This document shows positions 23,319-35,557 of a stretch of 64,000 nt of DNA, piece by piece (within the stretch, counting starts at the first letter, position 1; every line of letters begins with the position of its first letter). This DNA is from Podarcis bocagei (lineage: Eukaryota), in NCBI GenBank assembly GCA_964188305.1, contig OZ076888.1. One strand, given 5' to 3'. Both the position numbers and the translations under genes were made by a program. The notes below the pieces were generated by a model. That model was not told the origin of the DNA and made no database searches. It was given only the letters and a program-made list of their open reading frames with translations.

Positions 23319-23772
23319 CAGACCCTATTTTCCTGGGACATTTCTGAATTTACCTAAGCCGTCTGGTTTTTGATTTGATCCCGGAATGTCCCGCTTTGCC
23401 TTAGAACATCCCTGTTTCTCATTGGAGAAATGTTAGGGAGGGTATGGAGTTATGTGACCCCCTGAGCCAAGGAGATAAATAACTATACAACCTTTAGAAG
23501 ACATCTGAAGTCAGCCCTGTCTAGGGAAGGTTTAAAAGGGGGGGGCTTAATGTTTTATTATGTTTTTATATCTGTTGGAAGCCACACAGAGTGTCTGGGG
23601 CGGGGTAATGATGACAACAACAACAACAACAACAGGCAGCCCTGTTTAGAGAAGCTTTTAATGTCTGATACATTACTGTATTTTAATATTTTGTTGGAAG
23701 CCACCAATTATTATTATTATTATTATGGAATAGTACGTCTTTATTTCCATCAGAGGAATATGGGAGGGTATG
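23319..23772 (+). mobile_element. composite hAT-like MITE carrying an L2 3' tail
   Basis: cagaccct...ggagggtatg ends; internal agaagacatctgaag L2 tail; same junction as 41720-42481. Confidence 0.7.
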
Positions 23773-23991
23773 GCTTTATCTCCCATGTAACTTAATTTTC
23801 AAATGCATTTGATTATCCTTCTTATCCTTAATTAAAACAACACCCTGAAGCAATCTCATTGCAGTGTACAGAAACCGAAGTTTCAGTGGCCCATTTTCTT
23901 TGTGTACGCTTCCACCTCTTTTTGTACAAGACGGGTCGGAGTGAGGGATAATAATTCTAAATACAGCCTGTCTGCCTTAGAGCCAAGCCAG

Positions 23992-24468
23992 TTGTTGTTG
24001 TTGTTGTTTGGTCATTTAGTCATGTCCGACTCTTCGTGACCCCCTGGACCAGAGCACACCAGGCACTCCTATCTTCCACTGCCTCCCGCAGTTTGGTCAA
24101 ATTCATGCTGGTAGCTTCGAGAACACTATTCCACCATCTCGTCCTCTGTCGTCCCCTTCTCCTTGTGCCCTCCATCTTTCCCAGCATCAGGGTCTTTTCC
24201 AGGGAGTCTTCTCTTCTCATGAGGTGGCCAAAGTACTGGAGCCTCAGCTTCAGGATCTGTCCTTCCAGTGAGCACTCAGGGCTGATTTCCTTCAGAATGG
24301 ATCGGTTTGATCTTCTTGCAGTCCATGGGACTCTCAAGAGTCTCCTGCAACACCATAATTCAAAAGCATCAATTCTTTGGCGATCAGCCTTCTTTATGGT
24401 CCAGCTCTCACTTCTATACATCACTACTGGGAAAACCATCGCTTTAACTATACGGACCTTTGTTGGCA
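23992..24468 (-). mobile_element. BovB (RTE) LINE 3' fragment
   Basis: IDAFELWC.RRLLRVPWTARRSN...LEKTLMLGK; (CAA)n tail; perfect 13-bp TSD agagccaagccag (23979-23991, 24469-24481). Confidence 0.96.
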
Positions 24469-25227
24469 AGAGCCAAGCCAGACACGAGGCTAAATGTGCC
24501 TTTGCTTTTAAAGTGCACATATATAGCTTTGTTTCTAAGAAAAGCAAATAATTTCAGGGGGGGTGTTTCCCAAGCAGGATCAGGGCTAGGGTGGTCAAGG
24601 AAGGGGAAAATTGGCCCTTGCCCTCACCATAATCCCGAGAAAAATCCCATCCAGTGTTGCAGTGGGAAGAAAGCATTGAACATCATGTCTGGTTTGGCAC
24701 TTAGCGGTTGCAAACTGCGATGTCCACTATCCACTCCCAACCTTTTTATTGTTTGCTCTGTTGAAAAGAAAACCGGCTTCAAGCTGTTTCTTCAAACAAA
24801 CAAACAAAAAATAAAGAAGCTTTTTATGATCTGGTGCATATGTATTTTACCTTCTACGCTAGAGAAATATAATCTTCCTTTGGAAAGTGATTGGCTTGGG
24901 CAGAAGAAAGTCGCGTAGGCTGTAATTATAAAAAGGGCCTCCCACTGAGCAGTTTATTTCCCTTAATTTGCTTAAGGCTTTCTTTAAAATAAGGCATTGA
25001 CAGACAAATAATCACGGTGCAAAGGCGTGGCCTGGGTTAAAATCTTTTACTTCCATGAAGGAACCTCCAATCAAATGCACGCCAATCGGAATCAGTGTAT
25101 AAAGTCCAGGATTTGAATTTAGAGTGGAAAATTGCTCTCTGGAGTCCCTCCCCCTCTCTCTGTCTCTCCTTTTGCTTTGCACGAAAGCTTGTGCATATCA
25201 CTGACTTATTTGTCTGGATTCTTGCAG

Positions 25228-25277
25228 AGTACGACAGGCTCCTCTCCTCCAGAAACTTCCTCGGATCATTTGCCTCA
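25228..25277 (+). CDS. SORBS1: SORBS1 exon, 50 nt: STTGSSPPETSSDHLP(H)
   Basis: ttcttgcag acceptor, gtaagt donor; phase 0-2 is exactly what the next exon needs. Confidence 0.85.
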
Positions 25278-25407
25278 GTAAGTTTTGAATGCTGCACTCT
25301 GATGTTGATGTTTTGAAGCATTGATCGCGTTGGGAGCTGTAGCTGCAGGTCCTTTGAGAGCTGTGCCCATGTACAACACTGCAGGAATCATTTTATGTGT
25401 GTCTAAG

Positions 25408-25766
25408 CGCGGGTGGGGCTGTGGGATAAACCACAGAGCCTAGGACTTGCCAATCAGAAGGTCGGCGGTTCGAATCCCCGCAATGGGGTGAGCTCCAGTT
25501 GCTCGGTCCCTGCTCCTGCCAACCTAGCAGTTCGAAAGCATGTCAGAGTGCAAGTAGATAAATAGGTACCACTCCGGTGGGAAGGTAAACGGATTTTCCA
25601 TTCACTGCTCTGGTTCGCCAGAAGCGGCTTAGTCATGCTGTCCACATGACCTGGAAGCTGTACGCCGGCTCCCTTGGCCAATAAAGCGAGATGAGCGCCA
25701 CAACCCCAGAGTCGGTCATGACTGGACCTAATGGTCAGGGGTCCCTTTACCTTTACCTTTACCTTT
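25408..25766 (+). mobile_element. Sauria SINE, near full length
   Basis: tRNA-like head, core, (ACCTTT)n tail. Confidence 0.92.
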
Positions 25767-26329
25767 AAGCTGGATTCAAAGGGTATATGGGTGACATTTC
25801 TAGTTCTAAGTGTGCCCTGAAATTAGCACAGGCAAAAGGTTATTGGAGGGACCTAAGAAGGTTCTCTCTTAAAATCTTCCTCTGGAGAGATTCAAGTCAG
25901 AATGTGCCTAGCTTCTTCAGGCTTTCTTTCTGCCATTCTGAATCAAACCAATCGGAGTTGAAATGAATACGCCGTATGCGGTGCTGTCACAGGTAACGTA
26001 GCGCAAGGGTTGGTAATATTTTTGACCTAGTGCGACCGATCTTTTCTATTTCCTCACCCTGTGCACAAACTTGAGCAGGTGGGCGGGGCAACCCACCCGT
26101 CAGTCATCGGAAGACATCAGGTGACGGACGGGTGCATAGCCCCGCCCACCTGTCAAAGATGGCTCACAGGGTGTGTGAGGAGCGTGCTTTGCCAGCATGT
26201 ACCTCTCTAGGAATACAGTGGCAAAACGGTACTTGTAGAATCATAGAACCCTCAGGATCATCTAGTCCAGCAGTGGTGAAATTCACCGCATGTTGCACCT
26301 TGAAATAATTTTTTATGAAGATGCAGGTA

Positions 26330-26745
26330 CAGTGGTACCTCGCAAGACGAATGCCTCGCAAGACAAAAAACTCGCTAGACGAAAGGTTTTTCCATTTTCG
26401 ATTTGCCTCGCAAGACGAAATTTCCCTATGGGCTTGCTTCGCAAGACGAAAACGTCTCGCGGCTTTGTTTCCTTTGTCTAAAAACAAAGACATGTTTTGT
26501 TTATAAAGTTAATTTATTTTCCCTTCAATTTTTGAACTGCTCTTTACAGTATGTGTGACTTTAAAGAGCAGTTAATAAACTGTTGTTGTACCAAATTTGG
26601 CTTTGTTTCGACTTTTTTTGACCATAGGAACGCATTAATTGATTTTCAATGCATTCCTATGGGATTTCGTGCTTCGCAAGACGAAAAATTCGCTAGACGA
26701 CAAAAATTGCGGAACGAATTAATTTCGTCTTGCGGGGCACCACTG
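26330..26745. mobile_element. Tigger/pogo-like MITE inserted in L1
   Basis: cagtggtacctcgcaagacgaa TIRs, TA TSD. Confidence 0.9.
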
Positions 26746-26961
26746 TACTTGACACCACTAAAACTATATAAAATGTATAAGAACACATGAAGTAAATGTT
26801 GGAGATGTGGAGAGGGGGAAGGCTCAATGTTACATATGTGGTGGACCTGTAAGAAAATTAAGGAATTTTGGGATGTAATTTATAATGAGTTCAAAAGAAT
26901 GATTAAGGTATCTCATATATATATATAATATATATGAGATACCTTAATCATTTCATATATA

Positions 26962-27686
26962 CCGTATTTTTCGCTCCATAAGACGCACATTTTTCTTCCT
27001 AAAAAGTAAGGGGAAATGTCTATGCGTCTTATGGAGCGAATGCGTGGTCCCTGGAGCCGAATTGCCCAGGGGCGAAAAGCAGATTGTGCTTTTTCTTTTT
27101 TCTTTTTTGAAAGAGAGAAGTGGGTGTTGAAACAAAGCCGCTAATGGGCAAGCGATCGGGGAAGGAGATAAGGGACGCTAGAGATAAAGGAGGCTGGCTG
27201 GGAGGGGGGAGGCAAAGACAGCAAAGGGGCGAAACAGGAAGACTAAAGCAAAAGAGAGAAATTAGGAGAAAAAGAGGAGAAAAAACTGCTCCAGCTAAGG
27301 AAAAGACACTACACTAAGGCAAACAAGAGGGAAGGGAGTGTTGAAAGGAAAGGTCGGTGGGATCGGAAGAGAGATAAGGGATGCCAGCCGAGGCTGCCTG
27401 GGAGGGGGGAGGTAAAAGCCCATGGATCCTCTGGATTTTTACATTGGGTCACCCCAAATTCACCATCAGATCACATAGCATGTCCATGGCTACAGCCTGC
27501 ACCAAAAGAATCACGCATCCACTGTTTCCTGGGGCTGCAATGGTGCAAAAATGTGGTTACAAAGCACAGATCCACATGGTTCCTCAGGATTTTTGCATTG
27601 GGTCACCCCAAATTCACCATCAAATCCTCCTCCAAAAACTAGGTGCATCTTATAGTCAGGTGCGCCTTATGGAGCAAAAAATACGG
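26962..27686. mobile_element. Tc2-like MITE inserted in L1
   Basis: ccgtattttt TIRs, TA TSD. Confidence 0.9.
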
Positions 27687-28496
27687 TATATACCCAAAGG
27701 CTTTCCTCCTGGGGATACCAGACCCAGGCATACCTTAAATAGCGAGAGAAATATTATTGTATGCCACAGTAGCCACAAGAATATTGATCGCTATGAATTG
27801 GATAGTAGAGGAAACCCCAGCAAAGCTGGAGTGGCAAAGTAAACTGCTGGAATAGGCCAAGTTGGCAAAAATGACAGAAAAACTGAGAGGTCATACTGAT
27901 GAAACATTTATTAGGAAATGGGACATGTACAAAAAATATCTAAAGGATTATTGTAATAGCATGACATCAGTGGCAGGAGTGGAATGACGCCTGTGGTATG
28001 ATAGATAACTATAAGGGAATATAATACTGATGGAAATTAACAAAAGAAAATGATAAATATTGTGCTAGATAGTCTAAGTGGTAGATGCACGATGGGGTGG
28101 TGGGAAGTCTTTAGAAATCCAAGAAGAACGCAATGTGATGTGATGTAACAAATATTATCATTTACTTTTCTTTCTTCTGGTTAACCTCTTTGTTGGTTAT
28201 TTCATTTTAATCTCAATAAAGCATAAAAAATGGAGGGGGTGGGAAACAAAACGTCTAGTCCGGCAGCTATCCTGTATGGGAATCGAACCTGCAACACCAC
28301 ACTCTAACCAACTGAGCCGCGTTGAACTGTTTGCTCCCTAGCTGATGAGCAGAGGATTGTGCCCTCTTTGCAGGAATCTGCTTTGACCAGCTCATTGCGC
28401 ACAGGGAAGGTTCTGGTGAGATGTACCTAGCAGGATGAAGCCCTGCCCTCCAGCTGACCTCACTTGATGGACAGCTGGGTGTGGTTGGGGGGGTAG

Positions 28497-29080
28497 AATA
28501 ATAATAATAATAATAATAATAATTTATTATTTGTACCCGGCCCATCTGGCTGGGTTTCCCCAGCCACTCTGGGCAGCTTCCACAAAGACCAAAAATACAC
28601 TAAGATGTCACACATTAAAAACTTCCCTGAACAGGGCTGCCTTAAGATGTCTTCTGAATATCAGGTAGTTGTTTATCTCTTTGACATCTGATGGGAGGGC
28701 GTTCCACAGGGTGGGCGCCACTACCGAGAAGGCCCTCTGCCTGGTACCCTGTAACTTGGCAGTGAGGGAACCGCCAGAAGGCCCTCAGCACTGGACCTCA
28801 GTGTCCGGGCTGAACGATGGGCGTGAAGACGCTCCTTCAGGTATACAGGACCGAGGCCATTTAGGGCTTTCAAGGTCAGCACCAACACTTTAAATTGTGC
28901 TCGGAAACGTACTGGGAGCCAATGTAGGTCTTTCAAGACCGGTGTTATATGGTCTCAGCGGCCGCCCCCAGTCACCAGTCTAGCTGCCGCATTCTGGATT
29001 AGTTGTAGTTTCCGGGTCACCTTCAAAGGTAGCCCCACGTAGAGCGCTTTGCAGTAGTCCAAACGGGAGATAACCAGAAT
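28497..29080 (-). mobile_element. L2 3' fragment
   Basis: LHWLPVRFRAQFKVLVL; (TTA)n tail. Confidence 0.92.
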
Positions 29081-29577
29081 GACCTCATAGGCCAGTTTGC
29101 ACCGCTGGCAGTCTTCCCCACCCCTGTTGGACTGAAATGCCCTGGGCCTTGGTGGCTTTCCAGCCAGAGGGTGCCGTTGGTTTTCTTCATGATAAGCTCG
29201 GGTTGTTTCTTTGATGGACGCTAGAGAATTACTCCTGGCTATGCATTTCAGCACCACATAGAGAAGGAACAGCTGCTCTGCCTTTCTCTTCCCATCCTAC
29301 CAGAGCCGTCTTTCCCATAGGGCTTAGTGGTGCGTCGCGCCAGGGCGCCAGCCTCTCAGGGGTGCCCCAGCAAGTGGGGGAGCTGAGAGGCTTTGCCAGC
29401 GGCCTCCCCTTTCCCTGCATGCCTGCCAGCTGCGCCCCATCAACCATACGGCAGGCGGGTGTGGAGCTTGCCTCCCAATACTCCGCGGGAGGAGAACGAT
29501 CCCTGCAGAGGATTGGGAAAAGGTCAACAACTCTGGGAAATGGGGGGGGCGGGGGGATCTTTGCAACACGGAGCCAG

Positions 29578-30265
29578 ATAATAATAATAATAATAAATTT
29601 TATTTTTATCCCCCCCTCCCCAGCCGAAGCCGGGCTCAGGGCGGCTAACAACAATAAAATAATACAACATTCTAAAATCATTTCATTAAAATTAATTCAA
29701 CTCAAATTGATGGCAACCATTAGGCTAAAGTTCTGTGAAGATTGCCAAAGGAGGGAGTCAGGCTGTGCCCTGACCAAAGGCCTCGTGGAACAGCTCTGTC
29801 TTGCAGGCCCTGCGGAAAGATGTCAAGTCCCACAGGGCCCTGGTCTCTTGTGACAGAGCGTTCCACCAGATTGGAGCCACAGCCGAAAAAGCCCTGGCTC
29901 TAGTTGAGGCCAGCCTAACCTCCCTGTGGCCCGGGATCTCCAAGATGTTTTTATTTGAAGACCTTAAGGTCCTCCGTGGGATATACCAGGAGAGGCGGTC
30001 CTGTAGGTACGAGGGTCCTAGGTCGTATAGGGCTTTAAAGGTTAAAACCAGCACCTTAAACCTGATCCTGTACTCCACCGGGAGCCTGTGCAGCTGGTAT
30101 AGCACCGGATGAATGTGATCTCGCAGCGAAGACCTCGTAAGGAGTCTCACTGCGGCATTCTGCACCTGCTGGAGTTTCTGGGTCAGTCTCAAGGGCAGCC
30201 CCACGTAGAGCGAGTTACAATAATCCAGTCTGGAGGTGACCGTCACGTGGATCACAGTGGCAAGG
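29578..30265 (-). mobile_element. L2 3' fragment, second subfamily
   Basis: VTSRLDYCNSLYVGLP...RAFSAVAPIWWNAL...KTELF. Confidence 0.92.
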
Positions 30266-30535
30266 TCAGATATGCTTAAGATGGTCCTGCATCTTACCTT
30301 CCTTTTGATGCTTACATTCCCGTCACGTAAAGTACAGGGAGCCGATGTGTGTTTTGCATACAAAAATCTCTGCAACCCCTGGAAAGGCATGTGATCCAGA
30401 AATGCAAGGTGTTTTCGCTCTTAGCAATTTCGCAGCGGTGTGTTGAGCTGCCAGCATGGCCCGTCTACAATTTTGCAACTTTTTTTTTTTTTAATTGCTA
30501 AGGAAATTAAGTCTCCCTCTCCTGCATACTTTTAG

Positions 30536-30711
30536 CTCGCCGTATTCCCCCAGCTACCATTCTGCAAAGAGAGAGTTTGAAACAGCTCTGGGAGACGCCA
30601 CCGGGCCGGAAAACGAAAGGCAAATATACAAAAGTGTTTTAGAAGGTGGCGATATCCCGCTGCAAGGGCTAAGCGGTCTCAAACGTCCCTCCAGCTCGGC
30701 TTCCACTAAAG
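30536..30711 (+). CDS. SORBS1: SORBS1 exon, 176 nt: SPYSPSYHSAKREFETALGDATGPENERQIYKSVLEGGDIPLQGLSGLKRPSSSASTK
   Basis: cttttag acceptor, G|gtatgt donor; conserved motif. Confidence 0.96.
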
Positions 30712-32840
30712 GTATGTCGCTAGAGCAACAATTTCCATGCATCTTCATGGACTGGCTGTTGTCGGTAGAACTTTAAAACAGGTTGTGTCAATATATCTGT
30801 GCCAGGAAATGGTGTGCTTGTGTCAGGGTTTGAGATGTGAGGAATAGTTTCTGGGGTGGTAATATCTGACTGCACAATTTCATACTTCAGTCGGGGTGTG
30901 TGTGTCATTTTCAATGCTTCCCCACTTAAAAAAAAAAACCCTTTAAAATTTTAGCCTGTTCCCTGCATGTTAGATTTCTACTTGCAGGGAGTTTTATAAA
31001 AAGGAGCATGCAAATCAGCCACATGCCATCTAGGTTGGTAAAACCCATTTTGCCATCACACAATTCTCTTACTCTGCCGCACATGTAGACCAGGCCACAG
31101 TCAACCTACATTGGGATCAGATTGGCTTCAGATCCGGGAGTTTTATAAACCCAAGTACCCAAGAAAAGATTTGTTAATCTGCTGGTATCCGCTCTTCTTT
31201 CTGGGGTTTAGAACCATATTTTGACCCCAGGTTTCATGGGAGCAAATTTTCCTACACCCAATTGGGTGGAGGATTAAAGGAGGTGGGTTACTGATTCATC
31301 TCTACAAAGAGTTTGCTTATCACTCATCTATCCTTTTTAAGTTGCCATGTTTGTCCCTGCTCACTTCCAAGCACAGTCCAGTTACGCTCCCTCTGAATCT
31401 TGCTTATGGTTTGACCTTCCCTGGCCACGGTATTCTCTTCCCCTCCCTCCCTTTTGTCTTCAGAGCATCCTCACGGACCCTCATCACTCAAACCAGTTTC
31501 CCCCACCCGTGGTAGAGCTTTCTCTTCCGCCCATCCTCTTGCCAGTTTAGCTTCCTAAACTGGACATTTATCTGGGATTGCCTTGCCTGTCGACCTTACA
31601 TATTCTTCCACTGTGGTGCCCTGTGTAGCTTTTCTATGCCTGACTTCATAGAGAGCTAACAACACTAGCAGTTGCGAAAGAGCGTAATAAAAGAGCAAAA
31701 TGCATTATGAGCTGCAAAGACTGTGGCTAATGCAATAGTTGTGGTGAATTAATGCAAGTCAAAGTTGTGCATTAAGCCATGCTGATTTCAAAGAAGTCCC
31801 TTGACAATCTGTGAAATGCAAACTTAGGAATCACTGGTGTTGAAAGCAATTAATTCTATGTTGACAGCTCGCTTCTGGGTTTCTTTTCTTTTACATTTTT
31901 GCTGTTACTTTTCCGAACGTTATCTCCGCAACCTTGCCACACATTTGTTGTAAAAAACACACAAAAGACCCTGAAATTCCCAGGAACTCACAAGTTACTC
32001 AGTGAAGTCACAGACTTTTGCCTATAGAGGTACAGAGAACGCTCACATTGGCCCCACATCTATAAGAAATACAAAATAATTAATGAGATGTCTTTTGTGG
32101 AACCAACCTTTCTTACTGTAATAGTCTGAAGCTTTTCAGTTATATTTTCCTCAGGCAGAAAAGGGGCAAATTCTCAGAGCTTCAGAGGGCAACATTGCAG
32201 TCACTTTTAGGAATTTCATCTTGCAGATAGTCATCTAATAGCAAAGCCTTTTTAACTGTAAACGTATAACAGTGTCTTTACTAGGAGTTCCTGGCTTTTA
32301 TAATGTGCAAAGACACCATTTGAAGCACAGGATATAAATCTTTGAATAAATATAGCCTTTTATATTTGACAAACTTGTGGCTATTCAATCTTCCAGTTGT
32401 ATATAATACAGTACAAAACAGTACAGCACTCTCTTGAAGACTCTCAAATATCATTTTTGCCATCAAAGCGCTCGCCCACAAATGACAATCTGTTCTTTTC
32501 CATTGTCACTTCCAAGTGTGATGCGTGGGATGTTCAGAGCTGTTAATTTTTACCCTTTAAAATGTCAAAAGGATCTACCTTGTGTCTCCGTAGATTTACA
32601 GGGGTGTTAAATAGCGTCATATTGTATTGACTGAAATTATTAGCAGTGTTGCTGCCTGCGGGTGCTGAGTATTTATTTTATTTTTCCTTCAAAGAAGATT
32701 TTGCTCTTAAGCAGAAAGCTTGCGTGCTGTTTCATCTAACAGCAGTTTAAACCAACAACTTTATTTATGCACAGTCGTTTTGCATGCCAGGCACAGCCAG
32801 TTAGATTGCAAGCTTTTGCTGATTTTCATATGAGCACTTA

Positions 32841-33393
32841 CCGTATTTTTCGCTCCATAGGGCGCACCGGATCATAGGGCGCACCTAGTTTTGGGAGGAG
32901 GAAAACAAGAAAAAAATATTCTGAATCCCAGAAGCGAGAACAGCAAGAGGGATCTGACTTCTGGGATACCATGTGGCTGTTCTGGCTTCTGGGATAACCA
33001 CGCCAAGCCTCTTCAGGGCAGCGGGATGAAGGCTCCCCCGGCTTGAAGAGGCTGCGCACAGCTAAGGCAGAAGCCAGGAGAGGCGCGTCGCTGAAGGGGC
33101 GCTGCGCAGTTCTCCCTCTCTGCGCAGCGCCTCTCCTTCACAGGAGAGACGCTACGCAGAGAGGGAGAAGGCGCAGCGCCCTTCAGCGAAGCTGGAGAAG
33201 GAACAAGAGGAGTCCCTTCTGTTCCTCCTCCGGCTTCGCATGACAGGCGCGTCGCTCAAGGGGCGCTGCGCCTTCTCTCTCTCTGCGCAGCGCCTCTCCT
33301 TCACAGGAGCCTGCATTCACTCCATAGGACGCACACACATTTCCCCTTCATTTTTGGAGGGGGGAAGTGCATCCTATAGAGCGGAAAATACTG
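32841..33393. mobile_element. Tc2-like MITE, long variant
   Basis: ccgtatttttcgctc TIR, TA flanks. Confidence 0.88.
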
Positions 33394-33721
33394 TAATATA
33401 CCCTGTTGCTCCAGATTCCTAAAGCAGCGGCACTGACTTGTAGAGAACTTGTTTGATCTCTGCTGTCCCTAGTTTAGAAGCTCCTCTGACATCGCAGGAT
33501 TTACCTCCCTGAACACAAACAGTCCTGTGTTAGCTCGGCAGCACAGCTTGGCTCTTCCATCGCTCTCCTGCATTCCTTTTTAACATTGCCTGTCTCAAGA
33601 TTGCATTGAGTGAAGCCACAAAAAGCATGTCATTTCCCTCCCTTCCCCTCCCCTCTTTCTCCACAGCTTTGCCACACTTAAGCTAACAGGTTGTATTTAT
33701 TTTATTCTGCATGCTTTCCAG

Positions 33722-35161
33722 TGGATCGTAAAGGTGGGAATGTTCATACGATTGCACCCTCTTCAGTTAATAGCCGAACCCTTAACTCTAATAATGCTGG
33801 CCCAGTAGGTCGCCCATGTAAACATAAGAAACCCTTATCTGCTGCAAAGGTCTGCATTGCTGAAATTCTTCCGTCCAAATTCAAACCCAGGCTGGCTGCT
33901 CCACCTATTTCTGGGCAGGACAGAAAGGATCTCTTGCCTCACGAGAAAACGCAGAGCTGCGAAAACCTCCGCGGCTCTTTTGCCTCCTTTGATAGCAGGA
34001 AGGATTTTGAGAACTTGCTGATGAAGTCCAAGCAAGAGTTTGCTGTCAAATCCATCAGTACACAGAGCTTGCAAGAATATGGCTCTTCCAGCTCCAGGAA
34101 GGGCTCTCGGAAGAACGAGAAGGAGTTCACCATGTTGTATAAAGACATGCACCATATCAACCGCTCCGGGATACAGCTGAGTAGCATTTCGTCCTGCAGC
34201 GTGAAGGAAATTGCATCCCTGTTTGAAAAGGAGCCGGAGGACAAGAGGGAGCCCAACCCCAGTCGGGAGAATCTGGAGCAGATCCCCAAGCACACGGTCT
34301 CCTCTCGCGTCACTGCCTTTGAGTTGCTGATCCAGAGATCCCTCTCCATGCCTGCTCTCAACTTCTCCAGCTTCCAGGTCAAATCTCCCGCTCCGAGCCT
34401 CTCTAACAGCTGCCTAGCTTCAGCTCGTTCGGCCGAATACCTGTTGGATTTTGCCAAGCCAGACCTGGGACCTGCCAACCTCGCCGATACGTCCTCCTAT
34501 TCGTGCAGCAATACGGAGGACGTGACCTCGGAAGTCAGTGACCTGGCGCCTGTGGAAACGCTCTCGGCTTGCACCGACGAGATAGATCTGTTCTCCAATG
34601 TATCCAATGACAGCGGCGGCGACAGCATCACCAGTGGGCCCTCCAGATACAAAGCTAACCAGTGCAAAGGAACCTGCCCTGCTTCTTACACCAGGTTTAC
34701 AACCATTCGGAGGCACGAACAGCAACAGTCCAGCAGAGGGGAACCCCAAGAAGATAATCAGCTGCTTCCCAGAAATGTCTATCTCATGAGCCCTCTTCCC
34801 TTCAGACTGAGAAAACCCGTGCAGCACAGCTCCCGAAAGACTCCGCCTCTGCAGATCCCGGGAGACCTGTTGGCATCCAGTTGTGAGATCCAGAATAATC
34901 TGGCTCGGTCGAGGGGGAGTCTGGTGGACAGGGTGGACAGCTCCCTCTTCCATGAGCTGTATATCCGACAGAAACCTCCGGCCCCCAAACGCCTCTCTTC
35001 CTATGACGTCCTCAAAAGGTTTAGCCACTTCCTGGATATGGAAACATGCCAAAATAGCTCCCTAATGGACATCCCAGGTGCCTTTAATAATGGGAATGTT
35101 CCATATGCATTATACCACAACCTGGACACAAACAACAACCCTCACAGGACGTACTTTGGAG
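33722..35161 (+). CDS. SORBS1: SORBS1 giant cassette exon, 1440 nt / 480 codons, phase 1-1 (VDRKGGN...NNNPHRTYFG)
   Basis: inside ORF 33691-35337; ctttccag acceptor; GGAG|gtggca donor is weak but phase-correct; HKKPLSAAK, EILPSKFKPRL and CKGTCPASYTRFTTIR match recalled long SORBS1 isoforms. Confidence 0.88.
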
Positions 35162-35497
35162 GTGGCATTTTTGAGTATTTTACTGGTGTTACTTCATCTG
35201 TACCCCACTTTGCTTCTCTCTCTCTGTTTGTTTGTTTTTTAAAAAAAAAACACCCTTCCCCTGCATTTCATCTTTTCCTGTGCGTCCCTTGTGCCGTCCT
35301 CCTTGCATTTCAGGACTTGACTGAACTGAGAAATTAATTCCTACTGCCTTTCTAATCACCAATCAGAGCAGGTTGTCTCAAAAGTCAAAATTTAGGATGT
35401 GAATTATTTAGGGGAGACAGCTTAAATCCCACATAATTTGCATCCTCGGAGAATTAAATAACAAAACCTAATTTATTTTTAGGGGCAGTTTTTCAGG

Positions 35498-35503
<6 letters not shown>

Positions 35504-35529
<26 letters not shown>

Positions 35530-35557
35530 TCTTTGCGTGTGCGAGGTGTGTGTGCGT
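35504..35557. repeat. (GT)n-rich microsatellite
   Basis: direct reading. Confidence 0.9.

Larger units (their letters stand above)
26270..28230 (+). mobile_element. L1 LINE 3' fragment split by two MITEs
   Basis: YLTP..CWRCGEGEGSMLHMWWTC..FW zinc knuckle; continues PKAFLLG...FIRKW after 27689; aataaa + A tail at ~28216. Confidence 0.85.

Noticed and set aside
25408-25480. tRNA-like A/B boxes here and in six other places
   Set aside because: Sauria SINE heads, not tRNA genes.
26330-26745. Regularly recurring cgcaagacgaa units, superficially CRISPR-like
   Set aside because: Subterminal repeats of a Tigger-like MITE in a eukaryotic intron; no unique equal-length spacers and no cas genes.
33835-35052. 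Antisense ORFs of 152-210 aa
   Set aside because: Shadows of the real SORBS1 giant exon.
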